24,617 nt of DNA from a virus (lineage: Duplodnaviria; Caudoviricetes). The stretch's first letter is position 1, and every line of letters starts with the position of its first letter. Shown piece by piece: positions 17,880 through 24,438 of the stretch. Below the pieces are notes generated by a model. The model saw only the letters and a list, made by a program, of their open reading frames with translations, searched no databases and was not told the DNA's origin. The DNA lies in IMG/VR virus record IMGVR_UViG_3300038379_000200, positions 1-24,617 of that record; one strand, 5' to 3'. The position numbers and the translations under genes were made by a program.

Positions 17880-18125
17880 TTGCACTCTGATTTGATTTTG
17901 GAGGGCGATTTGAGTCACCGACTTGTGCTGAAAGAGTGGGGAAATCACAAAATCACCCACACCTACGAGGAACTACCACTAGGCGCGGAGGTTGCGATCT
18001 CAGGGATTGATTTCATCTGTCGCGTTGTGGGAAAGGAGGAGGGTCGGCTCAAGTTGGAATTTGATTGGTGGTACGACCATGAATTTCCGGTAAGAGTCGA
18101 AGCGCCTTACGATGCGTACCAGTAG
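17880..18125 (+). CDS. Hypothetical protein (81 aa, start uncertain)
   Basis: First ORF after the promoter; protein-like composition; TTG start. Confidence 0.55.
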   Translation: MHSDLILEGDLSHRLVLKEWGNHKITHTYEELPLGAEVAISGIDFICRVVGKEEGRLKLEFDWWYDHEFPVRVEAPYDAYQ

Positions 18126-18158
18126 CCCAGACAACACACTTTCTGACCCGACCCAGGA

Positions 18159-18284
18159 TTGAGCAAGCCTACGGTATCAGTCACTTCGGACCCCGATCCG
18201 GTGAGAAAACTCGCCTTCGCGATCCTGAAAGGGGATCAACAGGCTTGTAACACAGCTACTCAAGTTTTGGCGAAATCAACGTAG
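18159..18284 (+). CDS. Possible 41-aa protein
   Basis: TTG start; ..DPVRKLAFAILKGDQQACNTATQVLAKST amphipathic helix; weak RBS. Confidence 0.3.
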   Translation: MSKPTVSVTSDPDPVRKLAFAILKGDQQACNTATQVLAKST

Positions 18285-18316
18285 ATTCGCCAAACCCCGA
18301 CCCCAGGGAGGTACGT

Positions 18317-18546
18317 ATGCTTCTGAGAGAGGCAGCCAGTGCTGAAATCTGTGGGCTTGTGAAGGCTAACAGTCTCGCCAATATGAGACCGATTCAGGAC
18401 TCATACTGTTAGATAACAGAGGCACTGGGCAAGATTTCACAAACTGGTTCTTTAACAAGTACGGAAGGAGACCGAACGCCCAGCAACTTCATCAATCCCT
18501 CAAGGGATACTGGCGCAACTACCTGAAAAGGCAATTCGTGATCTGA
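18317..18546 (+). pseudogene. Small gene, possibly frameshifted
   Basis: Strong GGGAGGT RBS and ATG 18317 give only 31 aa; the -1 frame 18370-18546 is open and protein-like (DFTNWFFNKYGRRPNAQQLHQSLKGYWRNYLKRQFVI). Confidence 0.4.
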
Positions 18547-18615
18547 GGCCGGCCTGCCCACTATTCCCCTTAGCTTGCAAGCACGGCTTGGAGTGATGTG
18601 TTATGACCGTGTTCG

Positions 18616-18747
18616 ATGCCGTACCCCAATGCACAGGTTCAAACCCGCTTGTTTTCCGCCGATGGCGACACGCAAGTCGTGTGCCCTCAATGCAAGCGGT
18701 CCTACGTACACCATGACTCATGGTCGCCCATTGACCGTGTATCATGA
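18616..18747 (+). CDS. 43-aa protein with a CPQC half zinc motif
   Basis: MPYPNAQVQTRLFSADGDTQVVCPQCKRSYVHHDSWSPIDRVS; ATGA overlap with next gene. Confidence 0.4.
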   Translation: MPYPNAQVQTRLFSADGDTQVVCPQCKRSYVHHDSWSPIDRVS

Positions 18748-18929
18748 CGACCGCAGTGTCCGATGCTATCCTAACGGCTATCGCGCAACATGCTGTGGAT
18801 GGTAACTACCACTACAGCGACCAACAAGAGCTGAAGTTGCTAATCAGCAACAAGCTCGGCCACGACATTCCCGAAAAGGAAGTGAAAATCGTGGAGAAAC
18901 ACATCAAGGAAATTCGGGCCGGTCATTGA
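18744..18929 (+). CDS. Hypothetical protein (61 aa, helical)
   Basis: ATGA-coupled start, protein-like composition. Confidence 0.6.
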   Translation: MTTAVSDAILTAIAQHAVDGNYHYSDQQELKLLISNKLGHDIPEKEVKIVEKHIKEIRAGH

Positions 18930-19286
18930 CCTGTCTGGGGCATGGACCTTTCTGGAGACGCCTGTGGATAGTCACTTGCAACGGAATGCTTCGTAAAAGC
19001 ATCGTCGGAGCGAGAGGCTACGTTGTTGTTCATGAAGCCTATATCCGTGTTAGGGAACTGACATGCTGTTCGTGGAGACACCTGATGCCTTCCAAATCAT
19101 CCCAGACACTGAGTTTCCCTAAGTGCAAGCTGGGAATAATCTTGGTTCCCAAGTTCGCTGTAAGCGGCCCGTATCGATGGAACCGGCCTACTGATTTGAA
19201 GATCAGACCCCACCCGGCCTACCAGAGGCAACGCCGTTAAAACATCAGGCTGCTTGGGACAAGATACTCAGAGCCAAGTGTCTTGT

Positions 19287-19346
19287 GCCGAGCAGCCGAG
19301 CAGCCGAGCAGCCGAGCAGCCGAGCAGCCGAGCAGCCGAGCAGCCG
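19287..19346. repeat. Perfect 8-bp tandem repeat GCCGAGCA x7.5
   Basis: Seven exact units plus GCCG. Confidence 0.97.
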
Positions 19347-19522
19347 GTTTCAAATCTTTTCGTAATGACTCAGAGGTAGGCGGGCGGCCAGGATTTTGCA
19401 ACCTTTCGGTTTTCTTTCGGTTTTTGACCCCTCCCCGGCACGCGACTTGCTACACTCCCCAGGGTACACGTCTGTACACTGTACATCGCTGCGCCTTGAT
19501 TTCATGTACACTTCCTCTCTGT

Positions 19523-19999
19523 TCACCTACCCCTACGCTGTACAGTAGTGACACGGTGTACACTGCTGCGCCCTACCCTAACCTTGACGCAAGGTTGCAA
19601 GGGCCGGGAGCCAGTTACGCTGTCACATGACTGTCTCTCTTGCGGGATGATTTTGCCCTCACAAGAACGGGTTACTGTGGTACAGTAGGACATAGTATCG
19701 GATATACAGATCCCGATTTCCTTTGCTCGTGCTACCTTGTCGGCAAGGGTAGTGTACGGAAGAGTAGGGGTGCTACGCTGTACAGGGGTGTACGGTAGGG
19801 CAGGGGTGGACAGGGGTAGGGTAGGGGTAGGCTGTACAGGAGGGGTGGACAGGACAGCAGTAGCAATAGGGCGTTCAGGTAAGGCGGGGTGTACAGGGTG
19901 TACAGGGGTGGACTGTACAGGAGTATGAGTAGCGTACATGTACACCAGTGAACCGCCGCACAGCAGTAGGAAAACTGTTCTTGTGTTCATTGTGTACAT
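19523..19999 (-). CDS. Possible membrane-anchored Pro/Thr-rich protein
   Basis: Starts 3 nt after upstream stop; hydrophobic N-terminus, PVQ/PVH repeats; overlaps a TGTACA-rich tract so may be incidental. Confidence 0.4.
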   Translation of the reverse strand: MYTMNTRTVFLLLCGGSLVYMYATHTPVQSTPVHPVHPALPERPIATAVLSTPPVQPTPTLPLSTPALPYTPVQRSTPTLPYTTLADKVARAKEIGICISDTMSYCTTVTRSCEGKIIPQERQSCDSVTGSRPLQPCVKVRVGRSSVHRVTTVQRRGR

Positions 20000-20001
20000 C
20001 C

Positions 20002-20328
20002 TTACAGGGTGTTCAGTTCGTTTCGCAGCGCTTCAACCTTCCTCACCCATTGCATCCACCGGGCGCGGTTGCATGTACCATTGTCCATCATCCGCCGACA
20101 CGTTGCCTCGCGTTCCATCGCGAACGCCAGCGCCTCGCGTAGCTTGCTCTCTGCCTTGCTGCGGGCCGGGTTGTGGTGTTCCTCACTAGGGGTCAGGGCA
20201 AGAGTCTTATCGGCCCGGACGACGACGCAACCCATATTGACCAGCGCCTTAACTGTCGCATGGTGCGCCTTGCCTGCGTTCCGGTTGCTCACACGGATTG
20301 TCTTGCCTGCCTTCAGGATTTCGTTCAT
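20002..20328 (-). CDS. Hypothetical basic protein (108 aa)
   Basis: AAGGGG RBS, ATG; fits the operon. Confidence 0.7.
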   Translation of the reverse strand: MNEILKAGKTIRVSNRNAGKAHHATVKALVNMGCVVVRADKTLALTPSEEHHNPARSKAESKLREALAFAMEREATCRRMMDNGTCNRARWMQWVRKVEALRNELNTL

Positions 20329-20342
20329 GTTCTACCCCTTGC

Positions 20343-20463
20343 TTAGTCAACCCGCCCGGTCAGAATCCAGCCACCGACGTTGTTAGCGATCGCTTCGACG
20401 CGGTCGCGGGGCGGTTGAAACCCTTGTCGTCGCTTCGCTCATCAGCCAGTTCATCAGGAACAT
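20343..20463 (-). pseudogene. 26-aa ORF, or 39-aa gene with one extra base
   Basis: GGAG RBS and ATG 20463 after promoter P1; stop at 20383; removing one base from the run at 20408-20411 extends it (DRVEAIANNVGGWILTGRVD) to 20343, next to the following RBS. Confidence 0.4.
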
Positions 20464-20473
20464 TTTGCGTCTC

Positions 20474-20591
20474 CGGTTGTCGCTCGCCTGACACTTACAG
20501 TCTAGCACAGCGCCGCGGGTTGTCAAGAGGATTTTCAAAATCTTTTTGCCTGCCAGGATGGCACCCGCGTGGGTGCCATCCTGGCAGGCAA
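20474..20591 (-). repeat. Promoter-palindrome module, copy 1
   Basis: 20474-20506 is identical to 20874-20906 (33 bp); 20550-20588 matches 20950-20988 at 38/39; 21-bp perfect stem 20546-20566/20571-20591. Confidence 0.93.
20499..20526 (-). promoter_or_regulatory. Sigma70-like promoter P1
   Basis: TTGACA-16-TAGACT then GTAAGTGTCAGG; A-tract upstream. Confidence 0.78.
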
Positions 20592-20595
20592 CAGG

Positions 20596-20847
20596 CTACA
20601 TCTCGCCTAGATCGATAACGTCATCATCGGTCAACTCCCGGCGGGCCGCGTTGATCATCAGACGATGAATGGTTACGTCGGCTCGCAGTTCCTTGCGATC
20701 GTCTCCGACGCTGAATGACCATGTTGCGTCCGCGCTGCTCTTGACAGCATGAATGTAGACGGCGATTGGGCAGGTCGACTCAATCGTCAGATGTACTCCA
20801 CCCCTGTCCGTCAGGAATTTCAGGGCGACGTTTCCGATCGTGAACAT
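20596..20847 (-). CDS. Hypothetical protein (83 aa)
   Basis: GGAG RBS; sits between two module copies. Confidence 0.75.
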   Translation of the reverse strand: MFTIGNVALKFLTDRGGVHLTIESTCPIAVYIHAVKSSADATWSFSVGDDRKELRADVTIHRLMINAARRELTDDDVIDLGEM

Positions 20848-20873
20848 GGTTCGTTCTCCGGGTTGTCGGCTCG

Positions 20874-20988
20874 CGGTTGTCGCTCGCCTGACACTTACAG
20901 TCTAGCTCCCGTTCGGCGGTTGTCAAGGAAAATCAGAAACTTTTTCTGACTGCCAGGATGGCACCCGCGCGGGTGCCATCCTGGCAGG
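20874..20988 (-). repeat. Promoter-palindrome module, copy 2
   Basis: Exactly 400 bp from copy 1; 20950-20987 is a perfect 38-bp palindrome. Confidence 0.93.
20899..20926 (-). promoter_or_regulatory. Sigma70-like promoter P2
   Basis: TTGACA-16-TAGACT then GTAAGTGTCAGG. Confidence 0.78.
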
Positions 20989-20994
20989 TGAACG

Positions 20995-21225
20995 TTACAC
21001 CAGCGCGTTGATTTCCTTCGCTTTCGCGCGGCCCGTGTCAGTCAGTGTACACCAGTGATTTTGTACACTCATCCACCCCGCGCCGACTAGGATACGCTTG
21101 GCTACTTCCCATTTGTTCAGGTCAGCGCCGAGCGCTAGGTACAGGGAAGACTCCGGCCCGCCGTTCGTCTCCGCAAGGGTTGACAGGATGCTTGCGAAAA
21201 CCGCCGTCCATTCGTTCAGTGACAT
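20995..21225 (-). CDS. Hypothetical protein, possible winged helix (76 aa)
   Basis: AAGGGAG RBS; C-terminal LVGAGWM..CTLTDTGR resembles a wHTH wing. Confidence 0.7.
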   Translation of the reverse strand: MSLNEWTAVFASILSTLAETNGGPESSLYLALGADLNKWEVAKRILVGAGWMSVQNHWCTLTDTGRAKAKEINALV

Positions 21226-21275
21226 CGTTCTAGCTCCCTTGTCTCGCGGGCCGCGTTGTGCTACCCGACACTAGA

Positions 21276-21303
21276 ATCATAGCACGCGACCGGAAAGAAG
21301 CAA
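21276..21303 (-). promoter_or_regulatory. Sigma70-like promoter P3
   Basis: TTGCTT-16-TATGAT then TCTAGTGTCGG; long A-tract upstream. Confidence 0.65.
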
Positions 21304-21334
21304 GCGGATTTTTCTTTTTTCTTTCCGGGCCGGA

Positions 21335-21356
21335 TGGCACATGATTTGCAAATCAT
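21335..21356 (+). promoter_or_regulatory. Sigma54-like -24/-12 motif overlapped by a perfect 16-bp palindrome
   Basis: TGGCAC-ATGAT-TTGCA (GG-N10-GC); ATGATTTGCAAATCAT at 21341-21356. Confidence 0.45.
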
Positions 21357-21360
21357 TAGA

Positions 21361-21506
21361 CGAGCCTAACTGGGCGGCTTAGGCCGCGCTTCGGTCGGAT
21401 CTTACGCGCTGGCGTTAGGTCCGGCGAACCGGGTTGCTTAGGCTGCGCTTACATGCTAGGACTAACCTGGTGGGTTAGCATCCGCTACCGAAATCAGTTA
21501 GGCTCG
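21361..21506 (+). ncRNA. Candidate structured non-coding element (RNA or ssDNA)
   Basis: No ORF; ends pair perfectly over 12 bp (CGAGCCTAACTG/CAGTTAGGCTCG); nested stems; strand uncertain. Confidence 0.4.
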
Positions 21507-21601
21507 CCTAATTAGTCCTGACTAAGATACAGGAAGAGCGCGGCCAAAATCACTAGCGGGTCCATGATGATTACCTCTCTGTTCCGGATTGTGAAATCAA
21601 A

Positions 21602-21637
21602 TCGCGCCTCGCGTGAATCCGTTCACGCGAGGCGCGA
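21602..21637 (-). terminator. Probable intrinsic terminator
   Basis: 16-bp perfect stem TCGCGCCTCGCGTGAA/TTCACGCGAGGCGCGA just after the stop at 21642, followed by TTTGATTT on minus. Confidence 0.7.
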
Positions 21638-21641
21638 GGAG

Positions 21642-21836
21642 CTAGTTCTTACCTGTCCATTTCTTGTCGTCTTCACCCGCGGCGCGAATGTTTCCTGCTA
21701 GGGCAAGAACCTGCAAAGTTTCGACAACCGTACCAATTTGATAGGGCGCGACAGCGGAGAACAAGTCACGTTCATAGTGCCATCCGTCAGCGCGCAACCT
21801 CGCGATTGTGTCGCGGACAACGTTGCTGTCCAGCAT
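21642..21836 (-). CDS. Hypothetical protein (64 aa)
   Basis: GGAGGT RBS, ATG. Confidence 0.75.
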   Translation of the reverse strand: MLDSNVVRDTIARLRADGWHYERDLFSAVAPYQIGTVVETLQVLALAGNIRAAGEDDKKWTGKN

Positions 21837-21855
21837 GATTATACCTCCAACCGAA

Positions 21856-21883
21856 CGCGGCCCGGAATTCGTTCCGGGCCGCG
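21856..21883. other. 12-bp intergenic stem-loop
   Basis: CGCGGCCCGGAA-TTCG-TTCCGGGCCGCG. Confidence 0.7.
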
Positions 21884-21890
21884 CGGCACG

Positions 21891-21968
21891 CTACTTGCGT
21901 CGTGTCAAAGCATCGTGAACAACCGTCAAGATGTACAACACGACGCAACCCGCCACTAGGGTTATCAT
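21891..21968 (-). CDS. 25-aa membrane peptide (not in ORF track)
   Basis: GGAGAGG RBS; MITLVAGCVVLYILTVVHDALTRRK. Confidence 0.6.
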   Translation of the reverse strand: MITLVAGCVVLYILTVVHDALTRRK

Positions 21969-22019
21969 CGTGTCCTCTCCCGCCGGATTCATGCGGGGCG
22001 CCCCGCGTGAGGGGAGAGG

Positions 22020-23096
22020 TTACTTGACGAAGGGAGAAAGCGCCATCTCGACATCGGCGGGCGGGCCGGAACCGACCAGCGCTGTCAGCAGAGAGCGAAC
22101 GTCGTTGTCCTTCACGGTCGGCAGCGCCTTTACGATGATCTCGCTAACGATCGTCTGGCGATGAATCGCATCATCCATCATCAGAAGCGCCGCGCCCGCC
22201 GCATCGTCTCCCGCCGCAACCGCGAAAGCGCTCTTGAGCGCTGCGCTCTTGAACATCGCTTGACGGTCGTTCAGATCCTTTACGCTGGGGCGCGACTTCT
22301 TCCCGCCGGAAGTAGCCTTACCCGCATCCTCATCCTTGAAGCGCTGAATCGTGGCGTTGAACGTCGCGCCGCCGCTAGTCGGGCTCCATCCCTCCGCTTT
22401 CTCGTCAGCGGTTCGCGCCTTGGACAATTCGACGATGCGATCGCGCGTCGCGAGAAACGGAACACTCTCCCCATCCTTCAACCGCCCGTCTTCCTTCCGG
22501 GCGGTAAGGATCATCGCTTCGCGCACTTCGTCCGTCATCGTGGCAGCGCTCAGCATGTACTGGCCCAGCGTACCACGGAACCACGTTGACAGGTACTTCT
22601 CCCGCGCCGCCGGATCGGTCGGAAGTTGGTTCAACTTCCGTTCGTTGCCAGTGTATCGCGCCAGAGCGTAATAGAGCGCCTGCCCAATCTCGCGCTCTTT
22701 CTTGAATTCCTTGAACTTGCGCCAGACGACGAGAAGGGTTTCCTCCCGGTTCAGGGGGCGCGTTTCGCCGTGGTCAAAGATCAGGCTATCGCGCTCCGCA
22801 TCAGTCAACCCTTCGTAGACGATGCAATCCAGCTTGGCAAGCGCCAGCTTGACATCGGCGAGCGCGGCGGGATCGCTCGTGATCTGGTCGGCAGCGCGCT
22901 TGCGACGGTTGCCTTGGAGGACAAGGAATTCATCCGTCCCGGCAATCGCTTCGACGACGAGAGGGGTGATGATCCCGCCCTTTGCGATGATCTGCGGGCG
23001 CAGACTGTCCAGATCGTAATTGTCCGCGAGACGCGCGTTCACCGCGTCACTGCTGACCAACTTGGACAGAACGATCTGCTTTCTCGACTTCTTCAC
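22020..23096 (-). CDS. ParB/Srx N-terminal domain protein
   Basis: NAR..L..I...GIITPLVV..FLVLQGNRRKRAA (arginine patch GxRR); GGGAG RBS, GTG start; C-terminus not recognised. Confidence 0.75.
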   Translation of the reverse strand: MKKSRKQIVLSKLVSSDAVNARLADNYDLDSLRPQIIAKGGIITPLVVEAIAGTDEFLVLQGNRRKRAADQITSDPAALADVKLALAKLDCIVYEGLTDAERDSLIFDHGETRPLNREETLLVVWRKFKEFKKEREIGQALYYALARYTGNERKLNQLPTDPAAREKYLSTWFRGTLGQYMLSAATMTDEVREAMILTARKEDGRLKDGESVPFLATRDRIVELSKARTADEKAEGWSPTSGGATFNATIQRFKDEDAGKATSGGKKSRPSVKDLNDRQAMFKSAALKSAFAVAAGDDAAGAALLMMDDAIHRQTIVSEIIVKALPTVKDNDVRSLLTALVGSGPPADVEMALSPFVK

Positions 23097-23179
23097 GACT
23101 AGCTCCCGGCCCGTAGGCCATTCGTTCAGCTCGCAACCGGCCCGCGACGCGCGGCCCGCGTTGCTCGCCTGACACTGAT

Positions 23180-23207
23180 ACTATAGCACACTTTCCGTCA
23201 GAGTCAA
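23180..23207 (-). promoter_or_regulatory. Sigma70-like promoter P4
   Basis: TTGACT-16-TATAGT then ATCAGTGTCAGGCGAGC; 14-bp stem 23209-23222/23238-23251 encloses the A-tract. Confidence 0.8.
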
Positions 23208-23263
23208 CCGAACCGGGCGGAATTTTTCGTTTTTCTTTTCCGCCCGGTTCGACACGATTGTTG

Positions 23264-23764
23264 CTACACTTGCTGAATGCGCCCGCCGAGCGTACCGACC
23301 AGCGCCACGGGTTCGCCACCGATCACAACCCAAGTCAGTTCGCGCCAGCGATCAACCCGCCCGTTTTCTGCCCACACAACGGTTGCGCCCGCGCCTTGCG
23401 TTCGTGCGATCGTAGCAACAACTTCGCCGTGATCGTTCACGATGACAGGCGCACTGGCGCGGGATTCGCTCATCAGGATGAAGAGCGCCCGGTTGACCAA
23501 CGGGTTAGGATCGCTCGCGTATTCGCGCGTCATCCCATTGATGCTGAGTGTAAAAAGTGAGATTCCCTGCGATCTCACCGCACTGTGCCACGAACCGAAA
23601 TCGCTCCTGTCCGGCCCGAATTCGGCAACAACCGAATTCGTTGTTTCGTCAACCACGATGCCAGCGCCGCCCGTCAAGTCTTGCTCGACATGCGACAGCG
23701 CCCGGACGTGTCCGAAACGTCCGATCAGATTGAACGTCCGTCCTTTGAAGTCTACTTGTTCCAT
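23264..23764 (-). CDS. Hypothetical protein (166 aa)
   Basis: GGGAG RBS before ATG 23764 (MEQVDFKG..), downstream of P5. Confidence 0.75.
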   Translation of the reverse strand: MEQVDFKGRTFNLIGRFGHVRALSHVEQDLTGGAGIVVDETTNSVVAEFGPDRSDFGSWHSAVRSQGISLFTLSINGMTREYASDPNPLVNRALFILMSESRASAPVIVNDHGEVVATIARTQGAGATVVWAENGRVDRWRELTWVVIGGEPVALVGTLGGRIQQV

Positions 23765-23818
23765 CGCTCTAGCTCCCGTTGCGAACCGCAAGGCGCGACA
23801 TGCGCCCCGCACACTGAC

Positions 23819-23847
23819 ATACTAGGTCAGGGGTTCGCGGTTGTCAA
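23819..23847 (-). promoter_or_regulatory. Sigma70-like promoter P5
   Basis: TTGACA-17-TAGTAT then GTCAGTGTG; 15-bp stem 23863-23877/23881-23895 upstream. Confidence 0.78.
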
Positions 23848-23902
23848 GCGGAATTCCCGAATTCCTGGACCCTGCCATAATGGCAGGGTCCAGGATGGCA
23901 GG

Positions 23903-24064
23903 TCACGCGATGCGCTGCCAGCACTTGTCAACGCGCTCCCAGATCGCGGAGGAAGCGTATCGGCTCGCGATGCGTTCGGCCCGGCTCGCGGAGTTAGTGT
24001 AGAACACCCTCCGCGCCGTGGTCACGCGGTAGACCGGGACATACTTCGTTTTCTCAGTGAACAT
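23903..24064 (-). CDS. 53-aa basic protein (not in ORF track)
   Basis: GGGAG RBS; MFTEKTKYVPVYRVTTARRVFYTNSASRAERIASRYASSAIWERVDKCWQRIA; stop abuts the palindrome. Confidence 0.65.
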   Translation of the reverse strand: MFTEKTKYVPVYRVTTARRVFYTNSASRAERIASRYASSAIWERVDKCWQRIA

Positions 24065-24095
24065 TGCCTAGACTCCCGTACAGGTGAACAAGTGA

Positions 24096-24182
24096 TCAGA
24101 TACGCGGAGCGAGCGCTGCGAACAACGTCCCAACAACCGCCACAACCGCCCAGCACAGTAAGAACGTGTCAACAACCGCCAT
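24096..24182 (-). CDS. 28-aa membrane peptide (not in ORF track)
   Basis: AAGGGG RBS; MAVVDTFLLCWAVVAVVGTLFAALAPRI; downstream of P6. Confidence 0.55.
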   Translation of the reverse strand: MAVVDTFLLCWAVVAVVGTLFAALAPRI

Positions 24183-24363
24183 GATCAACCCCTTTCATCG
24201 TTCCGCGAGCCGGCCCGTCCGGCTCGACAACACTAGCATAGGTCACGTTCGCGAGGGTGTCAACCAAAATTTTTCTGCCAGCGCCTTGCCGCGCGGCCCG
24301 GCCCGCCCAGCGCTCCGCCATCAGAACCGCGAGGAAACCGGCGATGCACAGTGTAGCGATCAT
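24169..24363 (-). CDS. 64-aa protein with hydrophobic N-terminus
   Basis: GGGAG RBS, ATG 24363 (MIATLCIAGFLAVLMAERW..), downstream of P7; reads through P6. Confidence 0.45.
   Translation of the reverse strand: MIATLCIAGFLAVLMAERWAGRAARQGAGRKILVDTLANVTYASVVEPDGPARGTMKGVDHGGC
24235..24263 (-). promoter_or_regulatory. Sigma70-like promoter P6
   Basis: TTGACA-17-TATGCT then AGTGTTGTCGAGCCGG. Confidence 0.75.
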
Positions 24364-24409
24364 GTCTGACTCCCGCGTCGCGAGCCGGCCCGCCCGGCTC
24401 GACACTGAC

Positions 24410-24438
24410 AGTATAGACCACGAACGGCGCGGAGTCAA
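24410..24438 (-). promoter_or_regulatory. Sigma70-like promoter P7
   Basis: TTGACT-17-TATACT then GTCAGTGTCGAGCCGG; leader 24379-24404 repeats 24204-24229 at 25/26. Confidence 0.8.

Noticed and set aside
18926-19630. Plus-strand ORFs 18926-19240 and 19283-19630
   Set aside because: TTG starts, atypical composition; the second just translates the tandem repeat
20474-20988. CRISPR array
   Set aside because: Only two long copies 400 bp apart with a gene between; no regular spacers or cas genes
21361-21600. tRNA
   Set aside because: No cloverleaf, T-loop consensus or CCA end recognisable
20546-23895. Integron attC sites
   Set aside because: No RYYYAAC...GTTRRRY ends or extrahelical bases; stems are perfect; no integrase in the window
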